A stretch of 64,000 bases of DNA, from positions 14,607-78,606 of the forward strand of contig JBMNNH010000007.1 of assembly GCA_050953835.1 (NCBI GenBank), read 5' to 3'. The stretch is from Acetivibrionales bacterium (GTDB taxonomy: Bacteria; Bacillota; Clostridia; Acetivibrionales; JBMNNH01). Below the pieces are notes generated by a model. It was not told the DNA's origin, searched no databases, and was given only the letters and a program-made list of their open reading frames with translations. This document shows, piece after piece, positions 10,901 to 19,634 of this stretch. Position numbers and translations under genes: made by a program. Each line of letters starts with the position of its first letter. Position 1 is the stretch's first letter.

Positions 10901-13900
10901 AAAGCTGATCTTAAGCCTTCTGAAATAGATGACATCAGGCAAATTGCCAGAAAAACATGGAGGTATTTTGAGGAATTCTTTACTGAAAGGGACAATTGGC
11001 TGAGCCCCGATAACTACCAGCTTTCACCTGAAAATGCATTTGCAAGGAGGACATCGCCTACCAATATAGGGCTTCAATTGCTTTCTACTTTAAGTGCACG
11101 GGATATGGGATTTATTAGTTTGAGCAGCTTTATTGACAGATTGGAGAAGATTTTTTCCACAATTCAAAAGCTTGAGAGATGGAACGGCCACCTGTATAAC
11201 TGGTATGATACAAGAAACTTGAAAGTCCTTTATCCCAGGTATGTGTCTACTGTAGACAGCGGGAACTTTATTGGATATCTTATAGCCCTTAAAAACGCTC
11301 TTGAAGAACTTAAGGGAAAACCTGTATTCTGTGATGAACAGTATTATGGAATAATGGATACTGTAAAGCTTGCAAATATTGAATTTACATGTAAGAAGCC
11401 TAGCAACTTTTCTGAATGGAGGAATATGCTGGAGCAGTTGTCCCAGGAGTGCGAAGGTGAAATAAAGCCCTGGATGGACGAAGAATGGGTATATCTGCTT
11501 AATTCAGTTTGTAAAAGTTTTATCAGGGATCTTGATTTGCTGAATGCTTTTGAAAACAACTTACTAAGCCATATCAGAGGGGAAATGCTAGAAAGGATAG
11601 ACAAACTAATCAAAATCATGGAGAAATTGATTTGGGAAACTGATTTCAGACCTCTATATGATGAAAGAAGAGAGCTTTTCAGGGTAGGGTATAATGTTTC
11701 ACTGAATCTGCCTGATAATTCGTATTATGATTTGCTTGCATCGGAAGCACGGTTAACAAGCTTCCTGGCAATCGCTAAGGGAGATGTACATAAGAAACAC
11801 TGGTACAAGCTGGGTAGGCCAATGACCCTTATCCATGGGATTCCTACACTTATTTCATGGAGTGGGACAATGTTTGAATACCTGCTGCCGAATATTGTTA
11901 TGAAGGTATATCCGGGCACAATACTGTATCAATCATGTGAAGCTGCAGTTAGAAGGCAGATTGAATATGGGCAGGCAAGAAGGATACCCTGGGGTATTTC
12001 TGAGTCCGGATATTACCATTTTGACCAGAACCTCAATTACCAGTATAGGGCATTTGGAGTACCGGGACTCGGATTCAGGTCGGATCTCAGGAAGTCACTG
12101 GTGGTTGCTCCTTATGCAACCATGTTAGCTATACAGATAGCACCTAAAAAAACCTATAAGAATATCCAACTTTTAAGGAGTATTGAAGCTGAGGGGAAAT
12201 ATGGCTTTTATGAAGCTCTTGACTTTATGGGAAATTTAGTAAACAAAACAAAGAAGTTTAAACTCATAAAGAGTTTTATGATACATCATCAGGGTATGAG
12301 CCTTGTTGCAATAAACAATTACCTTAACAATAACCTTATGCAGATGCGCTTTCATAATGAACCCATGATAAGGGGCAATGAATTAATACTTGAAGAGCTT
12401 CAGCCGCATGGAGTTGTAATTAAGAATGAGGACGAAAAAGCCTCGGTTATACAAACAGACAGGATACTCAAAAATAGGAAAGAACTTAGGATAATCAAAA
12501 CAACCAGACCCAAGTATCCGGTTGCCCATATATATTCAAACAACAATTATACTATTATGTTAACAAGCAATGGAAATGGTATAAGTACATGGAATGATGT
12601 TTGTGTCAACAGATGGAGACCTGTATTAAATGAGGATGGTTATGGTATGTTTTTTTACATCAGGGATACAAACAGCAAAAAATACTGGAGCAGCGCATAC
12701 ATGCCCACAGCAGTAGAGCCTGAGGACTACAGGGTTGTTTTTTCGCAGGATAAAGCTGAATACATAAGAAAAGACGGGAATATTGAGACAAAGACAGAGG
12801 TTGTGGTATCCGCCCAGGACAGTATTGAAATCAGGAGAATAACTCTTTACAACAGGGGCTCTGAACCTGCAAGCCTTGAAGTAACAAGTTATTTTGAACC
12901 GGTAATAGATACATATGAGAGTGATCTTGCCCATCCGGCATTCAGTAAACTATTTGTTGCAACTGAATATTTAGAAGATAAAAGGATAATGCTGGCTACA
13001 AGGAGGCCAAGGGAAGAAGATCAAAAGGGCAAGTATGTATTCAGCACAGTCATAGTAAGAGGAAGGACAACCGGTGAAGTTGAATATGAGACAGACAGGT
13101 ATAAGTTTATTGGCTGGAGAAACACATTAAGAAATCCGCAGGCTTTGCAGACTGACCTTCCTATGTCTAACACTTCAGGGAATGTACTTGACCCGGTCAT
13201 GAGTATGCGGGTAAAAGTAAGTGTACCTCCAGGCAGGCCTGCGGTTATAACTTATGTTATGGGTATTGCCCAAACAAGGGATGAGGCTGTCGAACTTGCG
13301 TCAAGACATCAAAACGATCATGCGGTAGAGGATGTTTTTAAAATGGCTTTATTCGACAGTGAAGTTGAAATGCAATACCTTGGGATTTCACCTCATCAGG
13401 TTAACGCCATACAGGATATGGTTGGAAGCTTATATTACCCTTCCAGGCTGCTCAGGGGGCCGGTAGATATAATAGAAAAGAATGTTATGGGACAGTCGGG
13501 TTTATGGAAATTTGGTATTTCTGGAGATAACCCTATAATGCTGTTCCGAATAAAGGATGTTAACCAAATCCCGGTACTGAAAGATGTTGTACTGGCTTTT
13601 GAATATCTCAGGAAGAATGGTATGAGACTTGACTTTGTAATATTGAATGAGGAAAACGACGACTATTTCCAGCCTTTTAACCATCAGATTAATGAGATAA
13701 TAAGGAATAGGAGAATATATTATCCTAACTTAAGGAAAACAGGAATATTTGTTTTAAAATCCAGGCAAATGAGCAGAGAAGAAATCAATCTTCTGCTCAC
13801 TGCAGCCAGGATTGTTTTATCAGAAAAGAACCATTTGTTCTCGAGACGGGTAAAAAAGCTTTTAATGGAAGAAAGCGCTGAATCAAAGCACACATTTCCC

Positions 13901-16360
13901 GTAAGTGGGGGAAAGGTGTATGAGGATATTCCCTTAGAAAACAAGGAGTTAATAAAATTTAATGGTGCAGGCGGTTTCAGTGCCGACGGCAAAGAATATG
14001 TAATACTTATAAAGGATGATCATAATATACCAGGGCCGTGGTCAAATATAATAGCCAATAGCAGTTTTGGCTGTATAGTTACTGCATCTGGATCGGGTTA
14101 TACATGGAGTATCAATAGCAGGGAAAATAAATTGACAACATGGTCAAATGACCCTGTTATTGACCCACCTTCTGAAGCCGTATATATAAGGGATGACGAT
14201 ACAGGGCAGATATTCTGCCCTACTCCTTCACCTGTCAGGGGAAAAGAGGCTTATAGGATCAGGCATGGATTCGGATATAGTATTTTTGAACACAATAGCC
14301 ACGGGATTAAACAAAAGATGACGGTTTTTATCAGCAGCAGGGACCCGGTTAAGGTATATAAGGTTTCTCTTAAAAATAAATCCGGGGAAGAAAGAAGACT
14401 ATCAATATATTATTATGTTGAATGGGTAATGGGTGTGTCAAGGGATAATACCGCACCGTACATTATAACGGAATTTGACCGGCATAGTAATATATTAGTG
14501 GCAAGGAACACATATAACAAGGAATTCAATGACAGGGTTGCTTTTATCAGTTCCACTGAAGATATAAGTACATACACAGGGGACAGAATGGAGTTTATAG
14601 GCAGGACAGGATGCACAGCGCACCCTGACGGGCTTCTTAATGAAGAATTATCAAACCGTGTGGGAGCTGCCCTTGATCCTTGCGGAGCTGTTAAAGTGAA
14701 TATCAGGTTAAATCGTAACGAAAGCAAAAATGTTATTTTCATACTTGGGGAAACTACCGACAGGGAGACTGCCGAACTTCTGGCGGAAGCATATACACGG
14801 CCCAGGGTAGTTGATGTGGTTTTAAATAAAGCAAAAGCAGAGTGGAAGCACATTCTGGAACAAGTCCAGATCCATACTCCTGATGAGGAGATGAATATAT
14901 TGGTGAACGGTTGGCTTCTTTACCAGGTTGTCAGCTGCCGGATAAGGGCCAGGTCTGCATTCTACCAGAGTGGAGGGGCATACGGATTTAGGGATCAGCT
15001 CCAGGATATGATGGCCTTGCTGCATTCAACTCCTGAATTGGTGAGGGAACATATACTGAGGTGCTGCAGCAGGCAGTTCATTGAGGGAGATGTACAGCAC
15101 TGGTGGCATGAAGATTCCGGAAAAGGTGTGCGGACGAGAATTTCAGATGATTTATTATGGCTCCCATATGTAACATCTGTATATATCAGCTCTACAGGTG
15201 ATACTGGTATACTGGATGAAGTTGTTCCATATATTGAAGATAGATTGTTGGATCCTATGGAAAGTGAGCGCTTTGGCATCCCGGAAGTATCTGAGGAGAA
15301 GGGGACTGTTTATGAGCATTGTATAAAAGCCATAGAAAAGGCTAGTACATTAGGAGAACATGGTATTCCTCTGATTGGAGCAGGAGATTGGAATGATGGA
15401 ATGAACCGCGTGGGGTGGAAAGGAAAAGGTGAAAGTGTCTGGTTGGGATGGTTTGTTTATAAAGTGTTAAAAGACTTTATACCTCTGTGCAATCTCAAAA
15501 ATGATGGGGACAGGGCTGAAAAATATAGCAGGATGGCATCATTAATTATTAAAAGTATTGAAGAAAATGCGTGGGACGGAGAATGGTACATGAGGGCATT
15601 TTTTGATAACGGTAAGCCTCTCGGTTCAAGACAAAATACAGAATGTAAAATTGATTCGATATCCCAGACATGGAGTGTAATATCGAAGGGAGCTGATGCT
15701 GTAAGGGCACAGCGTGCAATGGAATCACTGCAAAAATATCTTATTAAGGAAGAAGACCAGATTACCCTCCTGTTAGCGCCCCCTTTTGACAAAATGGAAC
15801 CAAGCCCCGGTTATATAAAAGGGTACCTTCCAGGTATCAGGGAGAACGGAGGCCAGTATACCCATGCTGCTGTTTGGAATGTCATTGCTTATGCTGAACT
15901 TGGCAATGGAGACAGGGCACATAGTATATTCAGGCTGCTGAATCCGATAAACCATACACAAAACTACTCTGATTTGACAAAGTATAAACAAGAGCCATAT
16001 GTTATGGCAGCAGATGTTTATTCGACATTCCCCCATGCCGGAAGAGGAGGATGGAGTTGGTATACCGGTTCTGCTGGATGGATGTATCAGGCTGCAGTGT
16101 GCTGGATTCTTGGTATTGTCCGCAGAGGGGACAAGTTAATCATTAAACCGGTCATTCCTGCTGAATGGAAGGAATTTAAAATAACATACAAATTCGGCAG
16201 TGCTGTTTATTATATTGATGTAAAAAACCATGAAGGAGTCAGCAGAGGGCAAGTATCAATAATTTTGGATGGCAGGGACATTCAGGAGGATGTAATTATG
16301 CTTGAGGATGACGGAAATGAGCACCAGGTTCAGGTAACAATGACAAAGAAGGGAAAATAG
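7901..16360 (+). CDS. Cyclic beta-1,2-glucan synthase-like giant protein (N-terminal TM region + GT84 + central region + C-terminal GH94 phosphorylase-like domain)
   Basis: 2819 aa single ORF. GT84-type motifs VITIDADTEL, LSHDLLEG, HRWIRGDWQ. GH94-type motifs FRDQLQD, GAGDWNDGMN, GGQYTHAAVW. Size and layout match Cgs/NdvB/ChvB. Confidence 0.8.
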   Translation: MYYIIVLSVLIFIALGLFSTSRIKRKRIEEQENLEFGIESIKTDGSDKYMKGLAQQHSISSYRRCSAKIIKNNRKYWQNIKRNYHYVRDIPEKLLSLVPSAQWLIDNYYVINRENRVIKESFTRRAYKKMPCLKNERLNGCPRLYSVAREMLRVSDFHLDEDTIVKLLNAYQECKPLTISELWAFNNILKICLIENINVLSDRIVYSLKTKQRADALFDRVLAKSFLSVEEVIQNLVQELNKDDLKNQSFTAHVLYRLREIDVEDSSFKHSIHTGREEEQIDLSAAIRAESQYQASLQVKVSSAITSLIEVSAIDWEKLFQRISTVEGILNNDPSGVYPQMDFATRDEYHHMVEKLAGYLKTGEVDVAKRSVELSLCRTDNNVRSVFSHVGYYLMGKGSYTLKKSFNYKPSVIRRLLDWAQLNCGSIYFVGIFLLTIIIETLIVYYSISSLPELGMFALAGLLFFTTVISLTIALEIVNFLVTSVKKPVRLPSMDFEEKIPEECSTMVVMPVILSSKQQVKEYVDKLEMYYLANRHENLYFSILGDCRDAKCREQPEDKEIISFAVENINRLNYKYKGDSEGPFYFFHRYRKWNEKEGCWMGWERKRGKLEEFNKLLVGDRDTSYNVIIGNKQVFPKLKYVITIDADTELTKDSASGLIGIMAHPLNKPVLNKERNMVVEGYALLQPRIGVRVNYALASFFSRTFAGQAGVEPYSNTVSDVYQDSFEEGTFTGKGIYDLRVFHKVLNGTIPENAVLSHDLLEGCYTRCAFAACVELMDGYPSTVASFFRREHRWIRGDWQLLPWLFGRDSLSYLSRWKIFDNMRRSIVPVSQLAITLAAFSLLNWDFYVWGLFILFSMIFSLIVNVSNTTLFWIKKYGTNTYVSNFLNSIITIIKQGILLFILMPYRSFISLDAIIRTLYRLSISRRKMLEWQTSESVENNIENTLWSYIKTMWAGYVSGILLLIIANKGRWSIVFPIAVLWVASPVVSYYISLILKKEKKADLKPSEIDDIRQIARKTWRYFEEFFTERDNWLSPDNYQLSPENAFARRTSPTNIGLQLLSTLSARDMGFISLSSFIDRLEKIFSTIQKLERWNGHLYNWYDTRNLKVLYPRYVSTVDSGNFIGYLIALKNALEELKGKPVFCDEQYYGIMDTVKLANIEFTCKKPSNFSEWRNMLEQLSQECEGEIKPWMDEEWVYLLNSVCKSFIRDLDLLNAFENNLLSHIRGEMLERIDKLIKIMEKLIWETDFRPLYDERRELFRVGYNVSLNLPDNSYYDLLASEARLTSFLAIAKGDVHKKHWYKLGRPMTLIHGIPTLISWSGTMFEYLLPNIVMKVYPGTILYQSCEAAVRRQIEYGQARRIPWGISESGYYHFDQNLNYQYRAFGVPGLGFRSDLRKSLVVAPYATMLAIQIAPKKTYKNIQLLRSIEAEGKYGFYEALDFMGNLVNKTKKFKLIKSFMIHHQGMSLVAINNYLNNNLMQMRFHNEPMIRGNELILEELQPHGVVIKNEDEKASVIQTDRILKNRKELRIIKTTRPKYPVAHIYSNNNYTIMLTSNGNGISTWNDVCVNRWRPVLNEDGYGMFFYIRDTNSKKYWSSAYMPTAVEPEDYRVVFSQDKAEYIRKDGNIETKTEVVVSAQDSIEIRRITLYNRGSEPASLEVTSYFEPVIDTYESDLAHPAFSKLFVATEYLEDKRIMLATRRPREEDQKGKYVFSTVIVRGRTTGEVEYETDRYKFIGWRNTLRNPQALQTDLPMSNTSGNVLDPVMSMRVKVSVPPGRPAVITYVMGIAQTRDEAVELASRHQNDHAVEDVFKMALFDSEVEMQYLGISPHQVNAIQDMVGSLYYPSRLLRGPVDIIEKNVMGQSGLWKFGISGDNPIMLFRIKDVNQIPVLKDVVLAFEYLRKNGMRLDFVILNEENDDYFQPFNHQINEIIRNRRIYYPNLRKTGIFVLKSRQMSREEINLLLTAARIVLSEKNHLFSRRVKKLLMEESAESKHTFPVSGGKVYEDIPLENKELIKFNGAGGFSADGKEYVILIKDDHNIPGPWSNIIANSSFGCIVTASGSGYTWSINSRENKLTTWSNDPVIDPPSEAVYIRDDDTGQIFCPTPSPVRGKEAYRIRHGFGYSIFEHNSHGIKQKMTVFISSRDPVKVYKVSLKNKSGEERRLSIYYYVEWVMGVSRDNTAPYIITEFDRHSNILVARNTYNKEFNDRVAFISSTEDISTYTGDRMEFIGRTGCTAHPDGLLNEELSNRVGAALDPCGAVKVNIRLNRNESKNVIFILGETTDRETAELLAEAYTRPRVVDVVLNKAKAEWKHILEQVQIHTPDEEMNILVNGWLLYQVVSCRIRARSAFYQSGGAYGFRDQLQDMMALLHSTPELVREHILRCCSRQFIEGDVQHWWHEDSGKGVRTRISDDLLWLPYVTSVYISSTGDTGILDEVVPYIEDRLLDPMESERFGIPEVSEEKGTVYEHCIKAIEKASTLGEHGIPLIGAGDWNDGMNRVGWKGKGESVWLGWFVYKVLKDFIPLCNLKNDGDRAEKYSRMASLIIKSIEENAWDGEWYMRAFFDNGKPLGSRQNTECKIDSISQTWSVISKGADAVRAQRAMESLQKYLIKEEDQITLLLAPPFDKMEPSPGYIKGYLPGIRENGGQYTHAAVWNVIAYAELGNGDRAHSIFRLLNPINHTQNYSDLTKYKQEPYVMAADVYSTFPHAGRGGWSWYTGSAGWMYQAAVCWILGIVRRGDKLIIKPVIPAEWKEFKITYKFGSAVYYIDVKNHEGVSRGQVSIILDGRDIQEDVIMLEDDGNEHQVQVTMTKKGK

Positions 16361-16404
16361 AAACTAATTTCTATGCAGACTAATAGAAACAGTTTCCATA
16401 TCTA

Positions 16405-18096
16405 CTACTTTTCTTTGCTATTTCTATTGCCATAATCATCCAGTACCGCTTCAGCTATATTCTTGCAGTGGTCGGCAATCTTTTCAAGGTTGTGTATCAT
16501 TTCTATAAAGGTTATTGCAGCGTGAGGATTGCATAAGCCTTTATTCAGCCTATCCAGATGCCTGCTTCTCAGGCTGGCTTCAAGCTCATCTATCTCATTC
16601 TCCCCTTGAATAACTTGTTTGGCTAGGTCTATATTCCCATCATGAAGTGCATGTATACTGTCATCTACAATTTTGTTTACTTTCCTGAAAGCATCCGATA
16701 TTTCTATTATTGCTTCCTGTGAGAATGGTATGCCCTCCTCATCCTTAATCTCTGCAAATTCCGCAATGTTTTCGCAGTGGTCGCCAATACGCTCAATGTC
16801 TCCTGTAACATGCATCAACCCAGCAAGTCTTATTGATTGGCGCTCAGTTAGTATGCTCTGGGAAAGCATAGTAGAGAGATACTTTACTATTTCATATTGC
16901 AGCATGTCTATAGTCTCTTCAATTTCATATACTTTTTTGGCTTCTTCTAGATTCGATTTAGTAAATGCCTGGTTTGCGCTTGCCATCATTTTCTTTGAAA
17001 GCAATGCCATCCTTGACAGCTCACGGGTAGCAAGGTCCATTGCTATTGAGGGGTTGTTGAGGACTTTATTGTCAAGGTATAAAACACGTTTCTCTATAGA
17101 TTCCTCTTCACCTCTTACAATAAAGGTAACGATTCTTGCGAGGATGAATATAAATGGTATCCATATTATTGTATTCAATAAATTAAAAGCAGTATGCGCA
17201 TTTGCAATCTGCCTTGAAATAACATGAACTTCAGGGCCTGATGGGGATATCAGTTGTATGAGTCTGGAAATAACAGGAATAAAAAACATAAATATTATTG
17301 AGCCAAAAATATTGAAAATGGTATGTGCAAGGGCTGCACGCTTTGCGTTTAGGCTGGCTCCAATAGATGCTAAAATAGCGGTAATAGTTGTTCCTATGTT
17401 GCTGCCAAACAGTATAGGTAAAGCAGTCGGCAGATTTATTAAAGCCATTGTGCTGCCGGGGGATTGCGGAGTAGATGCCAGGTTTTGCAGAACAGCAATA
17501 ACAGCACTGCTGCTCTGGATAATTACTGTCATGGCTGTGCCTGCCAGAAGGCCTAATACAGGAATATTTTTAATTTGAAGAATAAGGCTGGCAAAAGCAT
17601 CACTCTGAGCCAGCGGCTCCATAACATCACTCATTATATTGAGTCCAATAAACAACAGGCCGAAAGCAAAAACAGTTTGTCCTATATATTTGATTATTTT
17701 TTTCTTAAAGAAGAAATAGAAGATAAAACCTAATGCTGCAATGGGATAGGCATAGTGCCCGATTTTAAAAGCTATTAACTGGGCTGTAACTGTTGTTCCT
17801 ATGTTAGCTCCCATAATAACACCGATTGCCTGAGGAAGGGTCATCAATTTTGCGCTAACAAACCCAACAACCATGACTGTTGTGGCACTGCTGCTTTGTA
17901 TAAGTGCGGTTACCAGTGCCCCTACCAGAACACCAACCACCGGATGCCCCGTAAGTACTTCAAGAATCCGTCTCATACGTTCTCCTGCAGCCTTTTTCAG
18001 ACCTTCGCCCATAAGGTTCATTCCATATATGAATATTGCAAGACCGCCAAAAAGTCCAAATAGTACGGTAATTAAATCAAAACTGCCGCTTGCCAT
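16405..18096 (-). CDS. Na+/phosphate cotransporter family protein with C-terminal PhoU-like domain
   Basis: Duplicated (M)GANIGTT / (F)GSNIGTT transporter repeats and C-terminal PhoU-type helices (ERIGDHCENIAE, EKIADHCKNIAE). The second ATG (18096) lies 5 nt after GGAGG. Confidence 0.8.
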   Translation of the reverse strand: MASGSFDLITVLFGLFGGLAIFIYGMNLMGEGLKKAAGERMRRILEVLTGHPVVGVLVGALVTALIQSSSATTVMVVGFVSAKLMTLPQAIGVIMGANIGTTVTAQLIAFKIGHYAYPIAALGFIFYFFFKKKIIKYIGQTVFAFGLLFIGLNIMSDVMEPLAQSDAFASLILQIKNIPVLGLLAGTAMTVIIQSSSAVIAVLQNLASTPQSPGSTMALINLPTALPILFGSNIGTTITAILASIGASLNAKRAALAHTIFNIFGSIIFMFFIPVISRLIQLISPSGPEVHVISRQIANAHTAFNLLNTIIWIPFIFILARIVTFIVRGEEESIEKRVLYLDNKVLNNPSIAMDLATRELSRMALLSKKMMASANQAFTKSNLEEAKKVYEIEETIDMLQYEIVKYLSTMLSQSILTERQSIRLAGLMHVTGDIERIGDHCENIAEFAEIKDEEGIPFSQEAIIEISDAFRKVNKIVDDSIHALHDGNIDLAKQVIQGENEIDELEASLRSRHLDRLNKGLCNPHAAITFIEMIHNLEKIADHCKNIAEAVLDDYGNRNSKEK

Positions 18097-18510
18097 GTAA
18101 ACCTCCATAAAAAAATTAAATCAATGTGTTGTGTAGGTTTGCCGTAACACCAACAACAGTAATTAACCAGAACAATGAGTGAAATTTAAAAGTCCTAATA
18201 ATTCTAGCATATATATATATTGTTAACAATATATTAATGATTATTGATGTAAATATTAATAATTTTAGATACTAAGCAGTCTTAATATTCCACATTATTC
18301 CACATACAAGTGAACCAAGTAATCTTCCATAATAAGTCCATACCCAAAATATGTGCTCCACTAAGTGGAGTATTTGACAAATATGTTGAATATATAGTAT
18401 TTTACACTTATAAGCAATACTACTTTTGTAAAGATGCAATAGAAGACCAATAAGACATTATTTACCAATTGCACATAGTAGTATTAATAATACAAAAAGG
18501 AGAATTAATT

Positions 18511-19374
18511 GTGAAAGTTAGTATTGATTGTGTACACTGTTATTTTAAACAGGCAGTCTCATGTATGAAGATAGCAGGGATTGAAGACGAAAACAGGCAG
18601 CATGAAGTATTATATGAGCTGATGGACTACGTAAAGACTTTTAACACAGAAGCATCACCGGCAGAAAACTCAACAAAGATTTTTTTGAAAACATATGAGT
18701 TGATAGGAAATGAAGACCCTTATAAGGAGATAAAAAAGCAGTCGAATGACCTAGCCCTGAAGTTGTATCCCGGTCTCAAGCAAAAGCTCGAGGAGTCGGA
18801 TGACAGGCTTTATGACGCATTGAGAATTGCCGCAGCGGGAAATATAATAGATTTGGGTATCAACAGGAGCTTTGACATTCATGGGGCGTTGGTTCACAGT
18901 ATGAATACAGGTTTCTCAAAGGATCATTATAAGGATTTTGTAAATAAACTGGAGAATACCCAGGAAGTATTAATCTTAGGTGACAATTCAGGAGAGATAG
19001 TGTTTGATAAAATACTGGTGGAGGAACTCTTAAGGCTAGGCAAGCAAGTCACATATGTAGTTAAGGAAGCTCCTATATTAAATGACGCAACCATGGAAGA
19101 TGCTCTATACGTTGGAATGGATAAGGTAGCTAAGGTTATCACCAATGGTTCAAATTATCTTGGTGTCTGCCTGGATAGGGTGCCGGAGGGATTTATTAAT
19201 ACTCTGCGTAATGCAAGCCTGGTTATAGCAAAGGGCCATGCAAATTTTGAGTCCCTTGAACAGGAAGAGATGGTAAAAGAAAAGGTATTCTTTCTTCTTA
19301 AGGTAAAGTGTGAGCATGTGGGATGTATTGCAGGTGCAGAGTTGGGGGATGTAATGTTTTTTACAAGAAAGTAA
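18511..19374 (+). CDS. DUF89 / ARMT1-like damage-control phosphatase family protein
   Basis: Motifs LILGDNSGEIVFD and AKGHANFESL. GTG 18511 follows AAAGGAGAA by 7 nt. The ORF-track start 18469 has no SD. Confidence 0.65.
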   Translation: MKVSIDCVHCYFKQAVSCMKIAGIEDENRQHEVLYELMDYVKTFNTEASPAENSTKIFLKTYELIGNEDPYKEIKKQSNDLALKLYPGLKQKLEESDDRLYDALRIAAAGNIIDLGINRSFDIHGALVHSMNTGFSKDHYKDFVNKLENTQEVLILGDNSGEIVFDKILVEELLRLGKQVTYVVKEAPILNDATMEDALYVGMDKVAKVITNGSNYLGVCLDRVPEGFINTLRNASLVIAKGHANFESLEQEEMVKEKVFFLLKVKCEHVGCIAGAELGDVMFFTRK

Positions 19375-19442
19375 AGGGCTGCAGTTTGTACTTTATAAAG
19401 AACATATAGTTTAAAAGAAATAAAATGTATTAAACAATTAAC

Positions 19443-19471
19443 TTGACAAGCTCAAGGGAATCAATTAAACT
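19443..19471 (+). promoter_or_regulatory. Sigma-A-type promoter candidate
   Basis: TTGACA (19443-19448), 17-nt spacer, TAAACT (19466-19471). Confidence 0.5.
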
Positions 19472-19518
19472 TTAACAATAAGAAATTTATTTCTTTTTAA
19501 ATAAGAATATCATCAATT

Positions 19519-19582
19519 AAATGACCATGAAGGTTGTATGCATTGCTGAAGCAGTGGTTGCCTTAATGGTCATTTATTTTTT
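19519..19582 (+). terminator. Strong terminator-like hairpin in the leader of the iron-type ABC operon
   Basis: AAATGACCATgAAGG ... CCTTaATGGTCATTT followed by ATTTTTT. It lies between the promoter candidate and the RBS at 19621. Confidence 0.6.
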
Positions 19583-19634
19583 CTGGCCATAAATATAGAA
19601 TGCTTACATTATTTTACTCAGGAGGAGATATTGA

